Shown piece after piece: positions 36,601 through 50,400 of a stretch of DNA of 64,000 nucleotides; the first letter of the stretch is position 1, and every line of letters starts with the position of its first letter. The translations under genes and the position numbers were made by a program. The notes beneath the pieces are model-generated. The model ran no database searches, was not told where the DNA came from, and was given only the letters and a program-made list of their open reading frames with translations. The stretch lies in assembly GCA_964036045.1 (NCBI GenBank), contig OZ038378.1:82646001-82710000 (forward strand), in the 5' to 3' direction. The stretch is from Eutreptiella sp. 'Long Island Sound 2002'. Taxonomy: Eukaryota; Protista; Euglenida.

Positions 36601-38184
36601 AAAGGCAATAGAATTTCATTTCATTTCTCAACACGCAAACCAGTGCTTTGGGATGAAGGGTACACAGGTGTCCCGGGAGTGGTGTGCGTGCTGTGCATAC
36701 CCGCTGTGCACTTTTCCCACTGGGCAGGCATGCAGGCCCCCTGTTAGAGGGGGTCATTTTTAGCATTTCCATGGTGCAAGCACCGTCAAATAACATGCAG
36801 GCACCGGAACATGCAGCGAAAGACATGAATTAACACGTTGCCGAAAACCTGGCCGTGTGGTTTTGCATGCGTAGACAATGCATCCATGTAATGAAACCTT
36901 CTGGGACCCCATCTTTGGGCAAGGTGGGAGTCGGTCTGCGAGAAAGGCATCAGCCTGGGGCCTTCAGACTGCGGAGCGCAATGCCTCATCTCGCATTTGT
37001 TTCTGCACTCACTTTGTCTGCCATTTCAATTTAATTCAATTGGTTTGGTCCAACAGCTCCCCACCCCACACCCCACCCCACATCAGTGGTGCTCCAAACT
37101 CTACACTCGTGGGATGGACGTTGTTTGGAGTATGCCGGCGCCGGCATGGGAGGGATGCCAAGGGGCAGAAGCAGCAGTTGTGAGTTGCGGGAAGACTATC
37201 CCATCCTCACCTCGTAAAAACGGATTTCCCCGTTTTTAGGGGTAGCTAAGCGGGCTGCTTCCCTCTCACAGAGCTTTGGACGCACCATCTTCATCCCCAA
37301 CCCAATGGGTGGACAACCCACCCCCCACATGCACACATGGAGCATTCCCTCCTCAAAGGACAAACCCGTGCGTTCACCCGGAAGTCCCAACGGGCATAGT
37401 CAGTCAGCCGCTACACATGCACCTTGCTGCACTTTCTACCTCTGTTGACTCGTATGACTGGTCCTTGCTTGGTGGGAGATGCCACAGTGCCAGGAACTGT
37501 CTCGCGTGTCACCTGGGACTAGGTGACAAGGTGACCTTCCGCATGGATGCCACCGATGCCGACACCTCTTTTTCCGTTTTCAATGGAGCCCTTTCCCAGA
37601 CCCCCATCACCCCAGTTTGCAGGGGCTCTGCTGAGCCCCTCCCTCGCATCCCCCCAAGTTGAATGCCCGACCTCTCTCCTGTGGTCTCTGGCCAGGCTGT
37701 CAACCGATGGCAGTGGGCAGTGAATCGACGGTGGCTGGCACCCGACGACGGTGCACCCACATGTTGCAGTACCCTGCATTGGCCATATTGGCCGTAAACT
37801 CTTCATCATTGGCCATTGATCAGTCACCAGCTGAAGGCCCAAGGAAATTCTTTGGGGAGTGTTTTCTCAGTCAATTCTTTTTTGGCACGGAATATAGAAC
37901 AAATTATTTTTTCTGGATGCGCGGATTCCAAAAGTGCCTTTCACTTCCGTTCCCCCCCCCAGATTGTGTGGTTCGGATGACCTCCGGGGCCCCAGGGGGG
38001 GGGGTCCCCGTCGATTGAGCCCTTTTGGGGGATGGGTGGGGTCCTGGTAGGGGGAACTATTGATCCACCCACCCCCCGCCCCCTCCCTCCAGTGCAAACC
38101 TTTTCACCCCAGTACCGGAAGTGGGTCTGCCCCTTTTCTTCTGAAGGGCCCCCTTGTCCCTAACCGCTGTGCCCCTCCTCCCAG

Positions 38185-38448
38185 TTTGCAGTCCCGGTTC
38201 CCAATGAGCAGCAGCGGTTCCAGATCCTGGAGCATTTGCTTGACAATGTGGACATGACAGCGGACGACCCAGGCCTCCAGTCGGCAATGCAACCCCGCGG
38301 CGGTCTGCGGGAGACCGTCCTCCGCCACGTCGCTCAAAAGACCGTGGGGTACGTTGGGAAAGACCTGCTGCGACTGTGCCGTGCGGCCCACGTGCGGGTG
38401 TTGATGGGTCTGGAAAAGCGGCCGCTGCACCCGAAAGTGGATGTGAAG
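38185..38448 (+). CDS. Exon of a double AAA+ ATPase (CDC48/AFG2-SPATA5/PEX1-like): D1 lid and linker
   Basis: Pyrimidine tract plus CAG acceptor (38182-38184). Translation FAVPVPNEQQRFQILEHLL...VAQKTVGYVGKDLLRLCRAAH matches the AAA lid pattern 'VP...R..IL...A..T.GYVG.DL..LCR.A'. Donor AAG|GTGTTC at 38448/38449. The alternative acceptor at 38191 cannot be excluded. Confidence 0.8.
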
Positions 38449-41400
38449 GTGTTCCCCAGTGTCCCTGTCTCTCCGCCCTCATGCTGTCATGGGCGGCGCA
38501 CAAGCCCCTTGTCTGCGCCAGCGTGGGCTGGTGAAGTCATGCGGGGTAGCCTGGCTCAGACCCTACCCCCCCGCCCCCCCAAACACACACACCTGGAGGG
38601 GCCAACACGTCGAGGTGCTCCGGACCCCAATTTGGCGCCACAGGCGCCAGAAATGTTTTGTAGGATATGGTGGGGGGGTAAAATTCCGTTTTTGCTCGAT
38701 CTGTGTATACTCAAAATGCTCAGAATTTCATGGTAATCCAAATGTGTATGCAAGATATGCAAATTTTTTTTGACCTCTGACCTCCCCCATCCAGCCCCCC
38801 AAACCTTGCTGGGGCGGGACCCCCAAGGGTGCGGGGTTTTTTCTCAAAAACCCCACAGATGTGTGTTCAAAATGATCAGTGCAATGAGGAGATTATTTTG
38901 AGTCACATATGTTGGGGTACCCGGGGCCCAAGCCCAGCACCCCCACCCTCCCCTATAAGGCCCACAGGAGGGGCCATTCAGGTGGTGTGCCCTCTGGGAC
39001 CCCTGTCTACCTGGGCTGTAGTATTGCAACTGGGTCATTCCCAACCGATCCCCAGGGCAGGGAAGCACACTGCATGCCCTGGGACCCCTCCAACTGCCTC
39101 GGGGGCGCACACATGCCATGGGACGTTGGCCCCAGCTGATAGGCGACACCACCTGTGCCATACAGCAATCAAGGAGTGTGGGGCCTCCGCATTTGGACCT
39201 CGAGCCCCACCCGCCTCCGTGCCACTGCAGTTGTGGGGCTGCCTGGTAGCTTGTCTCTGCGACCTGGAGGTTGCGTTGTCCTTTTCCGTATCTCTCCTGG
39301 TGGGCTCAGCGTCAGGCTCCCCCAACCTCCCCATTGGGGCCCGAAGGACCCACCCAAGCCCACACACACGCGCGCACACAAGGATCCCCGGTTGACTCAA
39401 CCGGGCTAAGCGTAGGTCTCGCAACCGAAAGGTCGTGGGATTGATTGTGGGATTGGGCAGGCCTGGAGGCTGGTGGCGGCAACCGTGCGTCAAGGGCATT
39501 TTTTCTGGGGAAATCGCCAAATTGAGTTGGCCGTGAAGGCCGCTTCGCTGCTGCGAGCATCAGCACCTGTGAAAGCCCCAATATACAAAGAATACACAGG
39601 GCAACATGGCGATGACGGGTTCATTGAACTAATACCGTGGTGCTGGCCCGGCGGAAGCCACGGAGCCACCACCCCACTTCCAGGGTGGTCCTGTGGCAGC
39701 GAGACAGGTTCACACCGGTAGAGGGGCAACACAGGGACACACCCTGCACCGTGAGGCCTGCACCGTGCGCCTCACCAATGGGGAGCGACCCGACCCGAGA
39801 ACACCACTGTGGCCATAAAGGCTCATCCGGGAGACCCTGGGCAACCCCCCCCCCCCCTCCCCACACACACGTACCATGACGCCGTCTCCCGCTCGTGTGT
39901 TCCATGAGGGCTGTCCTAGTTGGCCTGGCCTTCGAACGGTACATCCACGATTTAGGACCAATGCCACATACGGACGGGCGCATATGCCTGTACTCCCTGC
40001 CTGTTTTAGTCCCTGTCCCCAGCGTAGGGCCCAAATTATCAAGGGGGCGATTAGGGTCAGGTGGGCGATGGACACTGCCAACACAATTGGTGGGCCCACT
40101 GCAAACCAATGTTCACGATTGCCATTGGCCTAGGATTGGGATATCATGGGTGCAGTGCAAATTTTTTGGGCGACCCACGACTCCTCCGCGAATGGCTCTC
40201 ACGACCCCCCAATTGAACCTTGCTCCTGTGTGTGTATCACTGTCCAAGGATGTATTAGGACAACCATAGGAGGAGCCACCTCCCCTTCTTGGACACCCTA
40301 GAATTGCCGATGCATATCACCACTAGTCTTTGGCGCGGTCGGGCAGTGCGACCTACCTAATAGGGCAGCAGGGCCGACGTATATTGCCTTGCAACCGCTC
40401 CCTCCGCAGGCAGGGCTCCCTAAAACCTCCCTGACACAGCCCATCTTAGTGTCTTGCACACCACCCTCGACCACACACCGGGCACGCCCCGCCAAACCCC
40501 CCATCCCTCCCAAGCAAGAGCACAGCGTGCCCCCTGCCACGAGCGCGCCTGTACACACCCTCCCCTTTTTGACAACGTCATGGAGATTATGGCTATGTGG
40601 AGGGCCTGGCAGGCCGTGCAACTAGGGGTGCGGACCCGAGAACCCTAGGAGGGGACCCCAAGACCCCAACATCCTTGGGACCCGTCATGGGAGGGGTCCC
40701 GAGAACCCCGGTTGTCAGGTTGACAAGGATGGGGTTTCAAGAACCTAGGGAGGGGACCTGGGAACCCCTATGTCCTGGTCCTATAATGGATGGGGTCCCG
40801 AGAGCCCTGGGAGGGGTCCCCTTTGCCCTGCACTCCTCCCTGTTTGCTTGTTTGCGAATGCCCGTCCCTCTGGACACCCTGGTATTGGTATCCAACAACC
40901 AAGGTATGGGGCTATAAGGCCTAAACCTAGCCACCCTCCTGTTGAACCGACAACATGGGAAGGGTGCCGGGCCGGGCCACAATCCCAAACCACCAAGAGG
41001 TATTTCATCAATTGACTCCGAGGGCCTATACCTCCAAGGTGATCCACACAAACCACACCGATGCAACCACAAACCTAGCTTTAGGGTGCCAGGAGTGTGC
41101 ATGGGGCAGCTGTGGGCTGCCGGGGAGGGGGGGTACATGGGTTAGCTACAGGGTGCATGGGGTGTACATGGGGCAGCTGTAGGGGACATGGAGGGCACTT
41201 GAGGGCATAAGGTATCCATGGGGTGGTTCTAGGGTGCACCGAATGTGCATGGGGTAGTCCTAGGGCGTGCAGAGTGTGCATGGGGCAGTTGTAGGGTGTA
41301 TGGGGGGCACATAGGGCAACTGCCGGGTGGGCGGAGTATGCATGCGGCAACCGCGGGAACCGCGGGGCCCACGCATGGCACCAGGGGTGGCTATGGGGCG

Positions 41401-44019
41401 CGCGGCGGGTGCATGGCGCAGCTGCGGCGTGCATAGAGTTTGCATGGGGTAATTGGACGGCGCATAGAGTGTGCATAGGCAAGCTACATGGTACACGGAC
41501 GGCGTAGGGATTGTGCATGCGGCAGCCACAAGGGTGCAAGGAGTGTGCATGGGGCAACCCTGCAACATAGGTAAGGCGCATGGGTCAGCTAGAGGGTGCC
41601 GAGAAAGTACATGGGGCAGCTGTAGAGCACGTGGAGGGCGCATGGGGCAACTCTGTGGTGTGTGGAAGGCGTGCGGGGCGGCTTCAAGTCCGTGGGGGGT
41701 GCATGTGGCAGTTGCGGGGTTGAGGGACCGCATGTACAATCTTGGTGTCCTACTTGGACCATACAGCTTGCCCATGCACAGTCTCTGCGCCCTCCGACTA
41801 CCCCTTGCCCAGTCCGTGCCCCCCGTAGCTGCCCGATGCCCACTCTTTGCGCCCCACGGTTGCCCCATGCACCCTCCACAGACCTGCAACAACCTTGCGT
41901 GCCTTCCACACACCTTGAAGTTGTCCCATGTGCCCCCCACGTGCCCTAAAGCCGTCCCACACCGTGTGCAACCTCTAGCTAACCCATGCGCCTTGCTTGT
42001 GCCCCACAAGTGCCCCATGCGCACTCCTTGCATCCAATAACTGCCGCATGCACACTCCGTACGCCGTCCGGGCACCCTGCACCTTCCCGATGCACACTCC
42101 TTGCGCCCTTCGACTACCCCATGCACACTCTGTCCACCCTGCAGCTGCCCCATGCGCCCTTCTGTGTACCCCACAGCTACCTCATGCACCCTCGTTGCAC
42201 CCTAAAGCTGCCCCATGTACAATCTCAGTGCCCTGTGTGCACCGTGCAACTTGCCCATGCAACCTTTGTTCGCCCTCCAACTACCCCAAGTACACTACCT
42301 ACATCCCGCAACTGCCCCATGCACACTCCGCGCACCTTTTAGCTGCCCCATTGCCCCACCACACACTCTATAGGTGCCCCATGTAGCCTCCGTGCGCCTA
42401 GGACTACCCCATGTACACACCCTGCACCCTAGAACTGCCCCATGCACCCCTATGCAACGCGCAGCTGCCCCACGCACGTTCCACATGCGCCACGACTGCC
42501 CCACGTGCACTCTGTGCACCCTTTAGGTAACCCATGCACCCCCACGGCGCCCCATGGCTGCTCCATGCACACTCCTTGCACCCGAAAGCTGCCCCATGTA
42601 CAATCCCGATCCCCTCCTTGCAGCATGCAGCTTGCCCATGCACACTGTGTGCGCCCTTTGACTACTCCATGCACACTCCATGCACCCCGTGGCTAGCTTT
42701 GGCGTCCTTGGCACGCCCCGCGGCTGCCCCCCCTGTGCCCTCCACGCAACCTACAACTACCACATGCATACTCTGTGCCCCCTCGGACTACCCCATGCAC
42801 ATCCCATGCACGTTTGAACTGCCCCACAACACTTTGTGCACCCTGCAGTAGCCCCATACGCCCTCCGCATGCCTTACAACCGCCCCATGTACATTATGTG
42901 CACCCTCTAGCTAACCCAAGCACCCCGCCTGCGCCTCAGGGCTGCCCCATGCACGCTCCTTGCAACCTAAAACCGCCCCATGCACAATCCCGGTGCCCTC
43001 CGCGCACCATGCAGCTTGCCCATGCGCACTCCATGTTCCGTTCGATTGCCCCAAGCACACATCGAGCACCACACAGCTACCCTATGTGCCCTTCCACGCA
43101 CCCTATAGCTGCCCCATGCACACTCCGTGCGCCCTAGGACTAACCCATGCACACTCGATGCACCCTAGAACTGCCCCATGCACACTCTTTGCATCAAGCA
43201 ACTGCACCGTGCGCCCTTCACGTGCCCTATACTTGCCCCATGTACACTCTATGCACCCTCCAGCTAACTCAACTCCCCCCCCCCCCGCCTTGTGCCCCAC
43301 AGTTGCCCCATGCACGTTCGTTGCCTCCTAAAGATGCCCCGTGTACAACCCGGTGCCCTCCCTGCACCATGCACCTTTCCCATGTACACTCTATGTGCCC
43401 TCCGAGTACCCCATGCACCCCTGTGCACCGCACCGCTGCCCCATGCGCTCTCCACTTGCCCTACAACTGCCCAATATACACTCTGTGCACCCTTTAGCTA
43501 ACCCATGCACCAGCCCTGTGCCCCAGGGCGGCCCCTGCAGACTTCTTGCACCGGAAAGCTGCCCCATGTACAATACCGGTGCCCTCTGTGCACCATGCCG
43601 CTTGCCCATGCACACTTTCTCGCTCTTCAGCTACCCCTTGCACACTCCTCCGCTTATCCCGCGGCTGCCCCATGCACCCCCAATGCGCGCTGTAGCTCCC
43701 CTTGGCGGCCTCCGCGCACCCTACGGCTGCCCCATGCATACTCCGTGTGCCCTAGGACTACCCCATGCACACTTCATGCACCCTAAAACAGCCCCATGCA
43801 CACCGTGTACACCGCACAGCTGCCCCGTGCGCCCTCCACCTACCATACAACTGCCCAATGTGCACTATGTGCACCATTTGGCTGACCCATGCACCCACCC
43901 GGCACCCTAGAGCTGCCCCATGCGCACTCCTTGCACCCGAAAGCTGCCCATGTACAATCCCGCTGCCCTTCGTGCAGCATGCAGCTTGCCCATGCATACT
44001 ACGTGCACCCCAAAGCTGC

Positions 44020-44524
44020 CCCAAGGGGTCCGGTGGAAAAAGACCATCACAATTTTTTCATACCCCCCCCCCCTCCCCCCTCTGGGGGCACCCCCCCTGA
44101 ACAAAAAGGTACTGCCCTTGTCAGGAAAAGGTTTTCCCAAGCAGAACCCAGGGAATTGCCCGGCCGTCGGCGCCAAGGGCATCATGAGAAAACTTCGTTT
44201 GATGCGACAGAGGGTGAAATAAATGGTTTTTCACCCCTTGTGTCTGAACTGAAAATACTCTGAATTTTCAAGAGAATTCAACCATTGATGAAAAATGTAT
44301 TGGAGCAAATATTAACACCATCCCCGATCAATGTTTGTGAGACATGGCCTCCACCTTAGTGGGAAAAAATAAATGGAGCAATCGGAAAGTCACTCGTTGA
44401 AATTCTACTCTGGGCCCTTTGTAGGAATTTGAGCACTAGTTGGGACACAAAGGGCGAGCTATTTTCTTCTTCTTCTTCTTCTTCTTCTTCTTCTTCTTCT
44501 TCTTCTTCTTTCTCTTCTTCTTCT

Positions 44525-44555
<31 letters not shown>

Positions 44556-46430
44556 TTTCTTCTTCTTCTTCTTTTCTATGTGATGCTTTGATTTTGGCCC
44601 CTTTAGCTAATCCATGCCCCCCCCCCCCCGACTCTCCATGCTTGCCCCATGCACATTCTTTGCACCCAAAAGCTGCCCCTTTTATAATCCCGGTCCCCTC
44701 CTTGCAGCATGCAGCTTGCCCATGGAAACTTTGTGCGCCCTTTCGATGCCCCATACACACTATGCGCACCCCAAAGCTGCTCCGCGGGGGCCGGCGGAAA
44801 AAAATGTCAGCATCTTTTCTTGATCCCCCTCCCCCCTAGGGGGGTAACCCCGAAAGAAAAGGTGCTGCACTTGTCAAGACAAGTTTTTCGCAAGCAGACA
44901 TCCGGGAAGTGCCTGACCGTGAGCGCCAAAGGTGCCATAAGAAACCTTTCTTGGATGCGGCAGAGGCCGAACAAATGGTTTTTCACTCCTTGTGTCTACA
45001 CTCAAAATGCTCATACATTCCAGGAGAATTCAACAATGGATGAAAAACACATTGGACCAAATATTAATGCCATTTTTAACGCACGTTTGTTGGACATGCC
45101 CTCTACTGTGTGGTGTTACAATTGGAAAGTCTCTGGTTCAAATCCTACTCCGGGCATCCTGCAACAATTTTAGCACTGGTTGGGAAATAAAAGGAAAACT
45201 ATTTCTACTTTTTTTCTTTTGCTATATGTTGCCTTGATATTCTAGCCTTTTTTGGGGACCCCCAAGAGCACAGGGGTTTCATAGCACTACTTCTAATTTC
45301 GGGCCTCCAAGAGGGCTGTGCTACACAGCCCCAGAGGGCAGCATTCTCAAAAAAGGCATGGTCCATCCCGGTTGGGGTGCCACTGCCAAGGTGCCCTTCA
45401 ACACAAATGCCACCCATATCGGCTAAAATATCAATGGGGACCTCGAAACGTATCCTAGTTGCAGCTTCCTCCGTTCGCCCCACGACTACCCCATGCACGC
45501 TCCATGCACCCTAGAACCACCATGCACACCTTGTGCACCACGCCGCTGCCCCACGTGCCCTACAACTGCCCCATGTACAATGTATGCACCTTTTAGCTAA
45601 TCCATGCCCCCCCCCCCCCCAGGAGGCCCATGGCTGCCCCATGCACCCTCCTTGCACCCGAAAGCTGTTCCATGTATAATCGCGGTCCCCTCTCCGCAGC
45701 ATGCAGCCTGTCCATGGACCCTCCGTGTGCCCTTTCACTACCCCAGTAATACTATATGCACCCCAAAGCTGCTCCCCGGGGGCCCGCAGAAAAAAAGTCA
45801 GCATTTTTTCTTTACCCCCCTCCCCCCTAGGGGGGTACCCCCAAAAGAAAAGGTACTGCACCCGTCATGAAAAGTTTTTCGCAAGCGGACATCCCGGAAG
45901 TGCCCGACCGTCGGCGCCATAAGAAACATTTCCTGGATGCGGCAGAAGCTGAACAAATGGTTTTTTCACCGCTCTTGTCTTTACTCAAAATACTCATACA
46001 TTACACGAGAATTCAACAATGGATGAAAAACACATTTGACCAAATTTTAATGCCATCTCTAAGCCATGCTTTTTGGAGACGGCCTCTACCTTGGTGAATA
46101 ACAGTGGTGTCCCAATTGGAAAGTCTCTAGTTCAAATCCTACTCACGGCGTTTTCTTCTCCTTTTTTTTTTAAGTATGTGTTGCTTTGATTTTTTGGTTT
46201 GTTTTGGGGACCCCCGAGAACACACGAGTTACATACCAATACCTCCACTTCTGGGCCTCCAAGAGGGCAGGGCTACGCAGTCCCAAAGGGTAGCATTCTC
46301 AAAATAGGCATGGTTCAGCCCAGGTGCGGTGCCGCTGCCAAGGTGCCCTTCAACACAAATACCACCCATATCGACTCAATTTTCAATGGAGACCTTGACG
46401 AGTATCCTAGTTGCACCTTCCTCTGTGCGC
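44020..46430 (+). repeat. Three tandem ~0.75-1-kb units with an AT-rich module
   Basis: Shared blocks AAAAGGT.CTGC, AAATGGTTTTT, GAGAATTCAAC.ATGGATGAAAAA starting at ~44030, ~44785 and ~45775. The block at 45250-45470 matches 46200-46420. Confidence 0.85.
44464..44572. repeat. (TTC)n/(GAA)n microsatellite
   Basis: Direct reading of the sequence. Confidence 0.95.
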
Positions 46431-48699
46431 CGTCACACTACCCCAGGCACATTCCATGCACCCGAGAACCGCCCCATGCACACCTTGTGCACCGCGCAGC
46501 TGCCCCATGTGCCCTCCACTTGCCCTGCAGCTGCCCCGTGTACACTTTATGCACCCTCCAGCTAGCCCATGCACCCCCTCCCCAACGGCTGCCCCATGCA
46601 CACTCTCCCCAACGGCTGCCCCATGCACACTCCTTGCATCCCCAAGCTGCCCCATGTACAACCTTGGTGCCCTCTGTGTGGCATGTAGCTTGCAGATGCA
46701 CACTCCGTGCGCCCTTCGACTACCCCATGCACCTTGTGTGCACCCCGTGGCCGCCCCATCCGCCCATGCCAACTCCGCAGGTACCCTTTGTGCCCTCTGT
46801 GCACCCTACAGCTGCCCCATGCACCCTATGTGTGCCCTCGGGCACACTCCATGCACTCTAGAACCTTCCCATGCACCCCTTGTGTACCACATAGGTACTC
46901 CCATGGACACCCTCTGCGTTCCGCTGGTGCCTTATGTGCCCACCGTGTGCCCTGCTGCTGCCCCATGCACACTCCGTGCACCCTATAGTTGCCGCATGCA
47001 CACTCCATGCACCTTGTAGCCAGCCCATGCACACTCCGTGCATTTTGCAGCTGCCCCATGTGCCCCCTACGCTGCCTACAGCTGCTTCATGCACACTCCA
47101 TGCGCCCTATAGTTGCCCCATGTATAGTTTGTGCATTCTTTAGCGTATCCGACGTGCCCGCCTTACGCCTCGTAGCTGCCCCTTGTGTTCCCTGCACGCC
47201 CCACAGCTACCCCATGCACACTCGATGCACCCTATAGGTTCCTCATGTCCAATCAATACACCCTCGTTGCACCTTGCAAGTTGCCCATGCACGCTGTGTG
47301 CACGCTCCGAGTACTGCGTGCACACCATGTGCACCCCGGAGCTGCCCCATGCACAGTCCCAGCTCCCCACAGTTGCCCCATGTGCCCTCCACACACCCTA
47401 CAACCGCCTACCGCACACTCCATGCATCCTGCAGCTGGCCGATGCACACTCAATGCATTCCGCAGTTGCCCCAGGTAGCCTCAACATGGCCCGCAGCTAC
47501 CGCATGCACATTGTGTGCACCCTAAAATTGCCCCACGCACGCTTGGTGACCCCCGCACTTCTCTCACGCACCGTCACGTGGATCACAACTGCCCCATGTG
47601 CCCTCCGCACGCCCAATAGTTGCGTTACGCAATTGCCCCATGCGCCCTCTATGGGCCCATACCTGCTCACATGCGCCTTCTTTGTGCCACGTAGCTGCGC
47701 CATGCACCCTCCTTGCCCCCGCAGTTGCCCCATGCACACTCTGTGCACCATGCGGCAGCCCTGAATGCACATTTCGTGCGCCCTTTGACTACCCCATGCA
47801 CACTCTATGCACCGTGCACATGCCCCATGCACACTCTGTGCTTCCTACACGTGCCCCATGCGCCCTTTGCGCGCCTTGCAACTACCCCATGCACACTCGG
47901 CGCACCCCGGCCACTACCCCACACGCCCTGGGTGCGCCGTGCAGCTTGCCTATGCACATTCAGTGCACCTTGCAGCTGTGCTCATTGTAGGCAACCTTTG
48001 CGCCCTCTATGCACCTCCATACCTTTGCACCTTGTGCCCGCCCGGCGGCTACCCCTCATGTCCACTGTGCACCCAACAGCTGCCACCAACTGCACACACG
48101 GCGCCACCGGATGCACCATGCACGCGCCCCCGCACCCACCGCGAAGCCACTAGCTACCACCTCGCCTTCTTCACACCCCACAATTGTCCCCCCTCACCCG
48201 CACCACGCGTATTAGCCACCCGGTGCACCCTCTAGGCCCCTTGGCGACCGACTCGCCCTCGTGCACTGGACAACCACCGATAGTGCAACTTCAGCGCCGG
48301 CCTACTACCCCCTACGCCCCTAGTATGTCCTGGCACCTCACATTGCATTCGCATCACGTTCCTCCCGCGTGCCCTTCTTGTGCCCCGCGCACTCCCCTTT
48401 GCGCTCATCACTCTCTCCGCGGCCTTCTGCCACGCCCCATGCACGCCATGTAGTAGACGTGAACACCACATGGCTGCCCTTGGCACCCAATGTGCATCGC
48501 GTGCCCGTGACACAACAGTGAGCCCCCCCCCGCTTGCCCTCTAGGCATTTTGTGGCTGCCCTCTGCACCCTTCGTGCACCCCCGCGGCCTTCCTCGCAAT
48601 GCTTTCCCCCAAGCACCCTGTACGCACTACCAGCCCCCCCCCCCCCAGCTCCCCCGCCAACCATATCAGAGCCCCACCCCCACCCCCACACACCCTGTG

Positions 48700-50400
48700 T
48701 GTGCCATATTCCCCCACCCACCCACCCCTAGCATGCCCATTTGCTGCCACCAGTGCCCGTTAAGCTTCAAAGGAGCTCTCTGCGTGCCCCATGTCCCCTC
48801 ACGCGGCCCCCTTCCCCCATGCATTAGGGAATATGCGTCCTTAGCTTTACCGCTCTCCTTGAGGGCCCCTCGGCGCCATGCACACGCCATGCGTTGCTCA
48901 AACGTGCTACCGCTTGGTCGCACTAATCTGGACAACTTTATCCCACACCAGCAAAACCAATGGTCACCAGTAGAAGCATTGTGAGCCTTTTGGTGCTGTA
49001 GCACATTGTTGCCAAACCGCAATATTTGCGCAAAAGTAGCCGAAGAAATACTTGGGGGCACGGGTGCTTGCAACGTAGGTGGCGCAACTGGTTGCATTTG
49101 CACTATGCCTAGGGTGTGCAACACTTCATGCGCATCAGCAAGAGTGGCGATGATATGTGCTGATTGTAGCATAGGTGTCGTAAGTGCAAAATAATCAATA
49201 AGCTTCCGACAGATGTCTTGAACAGTACAACGGCCAAGTGTGCCCTTGGCAACTGTGCCTGGCAAAATTTTGGCCCTAATCATAACTGTCCCAATTTGGC
49301 ACGCTTGGGCTTCATTGGGTGAGGCGGCACTTCGTGCCAAACCATTGGGAAGTAGCACATCTTCGACAAGCTCCACAAAAGTTGAAAACTCGGTATAGAG
49401 TGCAAAAACCACTTGGAGCCTGGGGAGATCCTTGTGCATCAACATAAAACCATCGGTCATTTGTGCTCCCGACATCAATCAAGAGACCCTCGTACTCCAT
49501 CAAAAAGCAAATGCGCGAGGTTGGTGGAGGAGGGGTGGTTGCAAGGTGGAGCAAAGTATCCTTGGCTTTATCCCAAGCAATCAATTCCGTGTCTTCAAAA
49601 GAGGTGACATCCAACAACTTCAGGACTTGGAGTGATGTACTGGTGCAACTAGCACGCAACCCGTCACCTCGTGTTATCCAAAAGGTTTCTGCCCCAATAG
49701 CAACGCAAATGGCCTCTAGGAGGGTGTACCCCATGACCGGCATGGATGTTGAGGACAAGGCCGTTGTCAATAACGTTGTATGTATGAGGTATGAGGTAGT
49801 GGCACAGAAAGCAGAAAGGTCCTCCACGTTAAATGGGCTCACAATGACACTGCCTCGCACCCCACCAATGTGCAATAGGCCCAGTTTCGGGTTCAACATT
49901 GCTTGTGCACAAAACCAGTTGAAATGTTGCCAATTCAACTGGGGTCGTAGAAAACCCTGCAACAAGGGAACGGTGTGAAGCAGTATGGCATGCAAAGAAG
50001 GGTTCCCGAACCGTCAAAGATGCCACATGTAGTTTGCTATCTGGGCTATTGCCGAATCCTCACCTATGCCACACCTAGTTTGCTACATGTGCTATTGCTA
50101 CTATTCCTAGAAAAATTGGACCGTCATTTTGACGAATTTTACCGCGAGCCGAAGCTCTTGGGGCCCGACTGGCAACACCCTCGTTTTGTGGTGGTTGAAC
50201 TTTGGGCCAACAAGGATATGTAGGGCTACCAAATTTGTACCGGCTAAATAGGGAATGTTTGGGGACCTCAAGGCATTATGTGGGCTACATTTACACAATA
50301 TAAAAAAGCAACCACTGGTGTTCTTTAGGGAAAAAATTGAGGCTGCGAATCTTTTTTTGACATAGGGGTGCGATATCTTTTGGTGCCGTACCTCCCCCAA
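48700..50400 (-). pseudogene. Decayed unknown ORF (~550 codons), divergent from the transposase
   Basis: ORFs 50107-50400 and 49312-49995 are in the same frame, separated by stops. A frameshift near 49470 leads into ORF 48666-49478. Globular-protein-like composition, with C/H motifs (LCKCSPH; HWFCWCG). Confidence 0.5.

Larger units (their letters stand above)
41080..48300. repeat. Complex repeat built from (A/G)CTGCCCCATGCAC(A)CTC-type subunits; 41080-41730 is in inverted orientation
   Basis: Dozens of GCTGCCCCATG/ACTACCCCATG motifs on the + strand after ~41735, and their reverse complements (CATGGGGCAGC) before it. Confidence 0.85.

Noticed and set aside
39400-40133. Possible tyrosine-recombinase remnant ('HPRFRTNAT...IKGAIRVRW')
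   Set aside because: Only loose resemblance to the H-x-x-R and GRW motifs, with no catalytic Tyr and no RT or DIRS termini nearby.
44356-44839. Poly-Glu / poly-Ser ORFs
   Set aside because: Translations of the (TTC)n microsatellite.
41081-48235. Numerous Cys/His/Pro-rich ORFs resembling metal-binding proteins
   Set aside because: They derive from the CCCCATGCAC repeat on both strands and in all frames, with no coherent coding frame.
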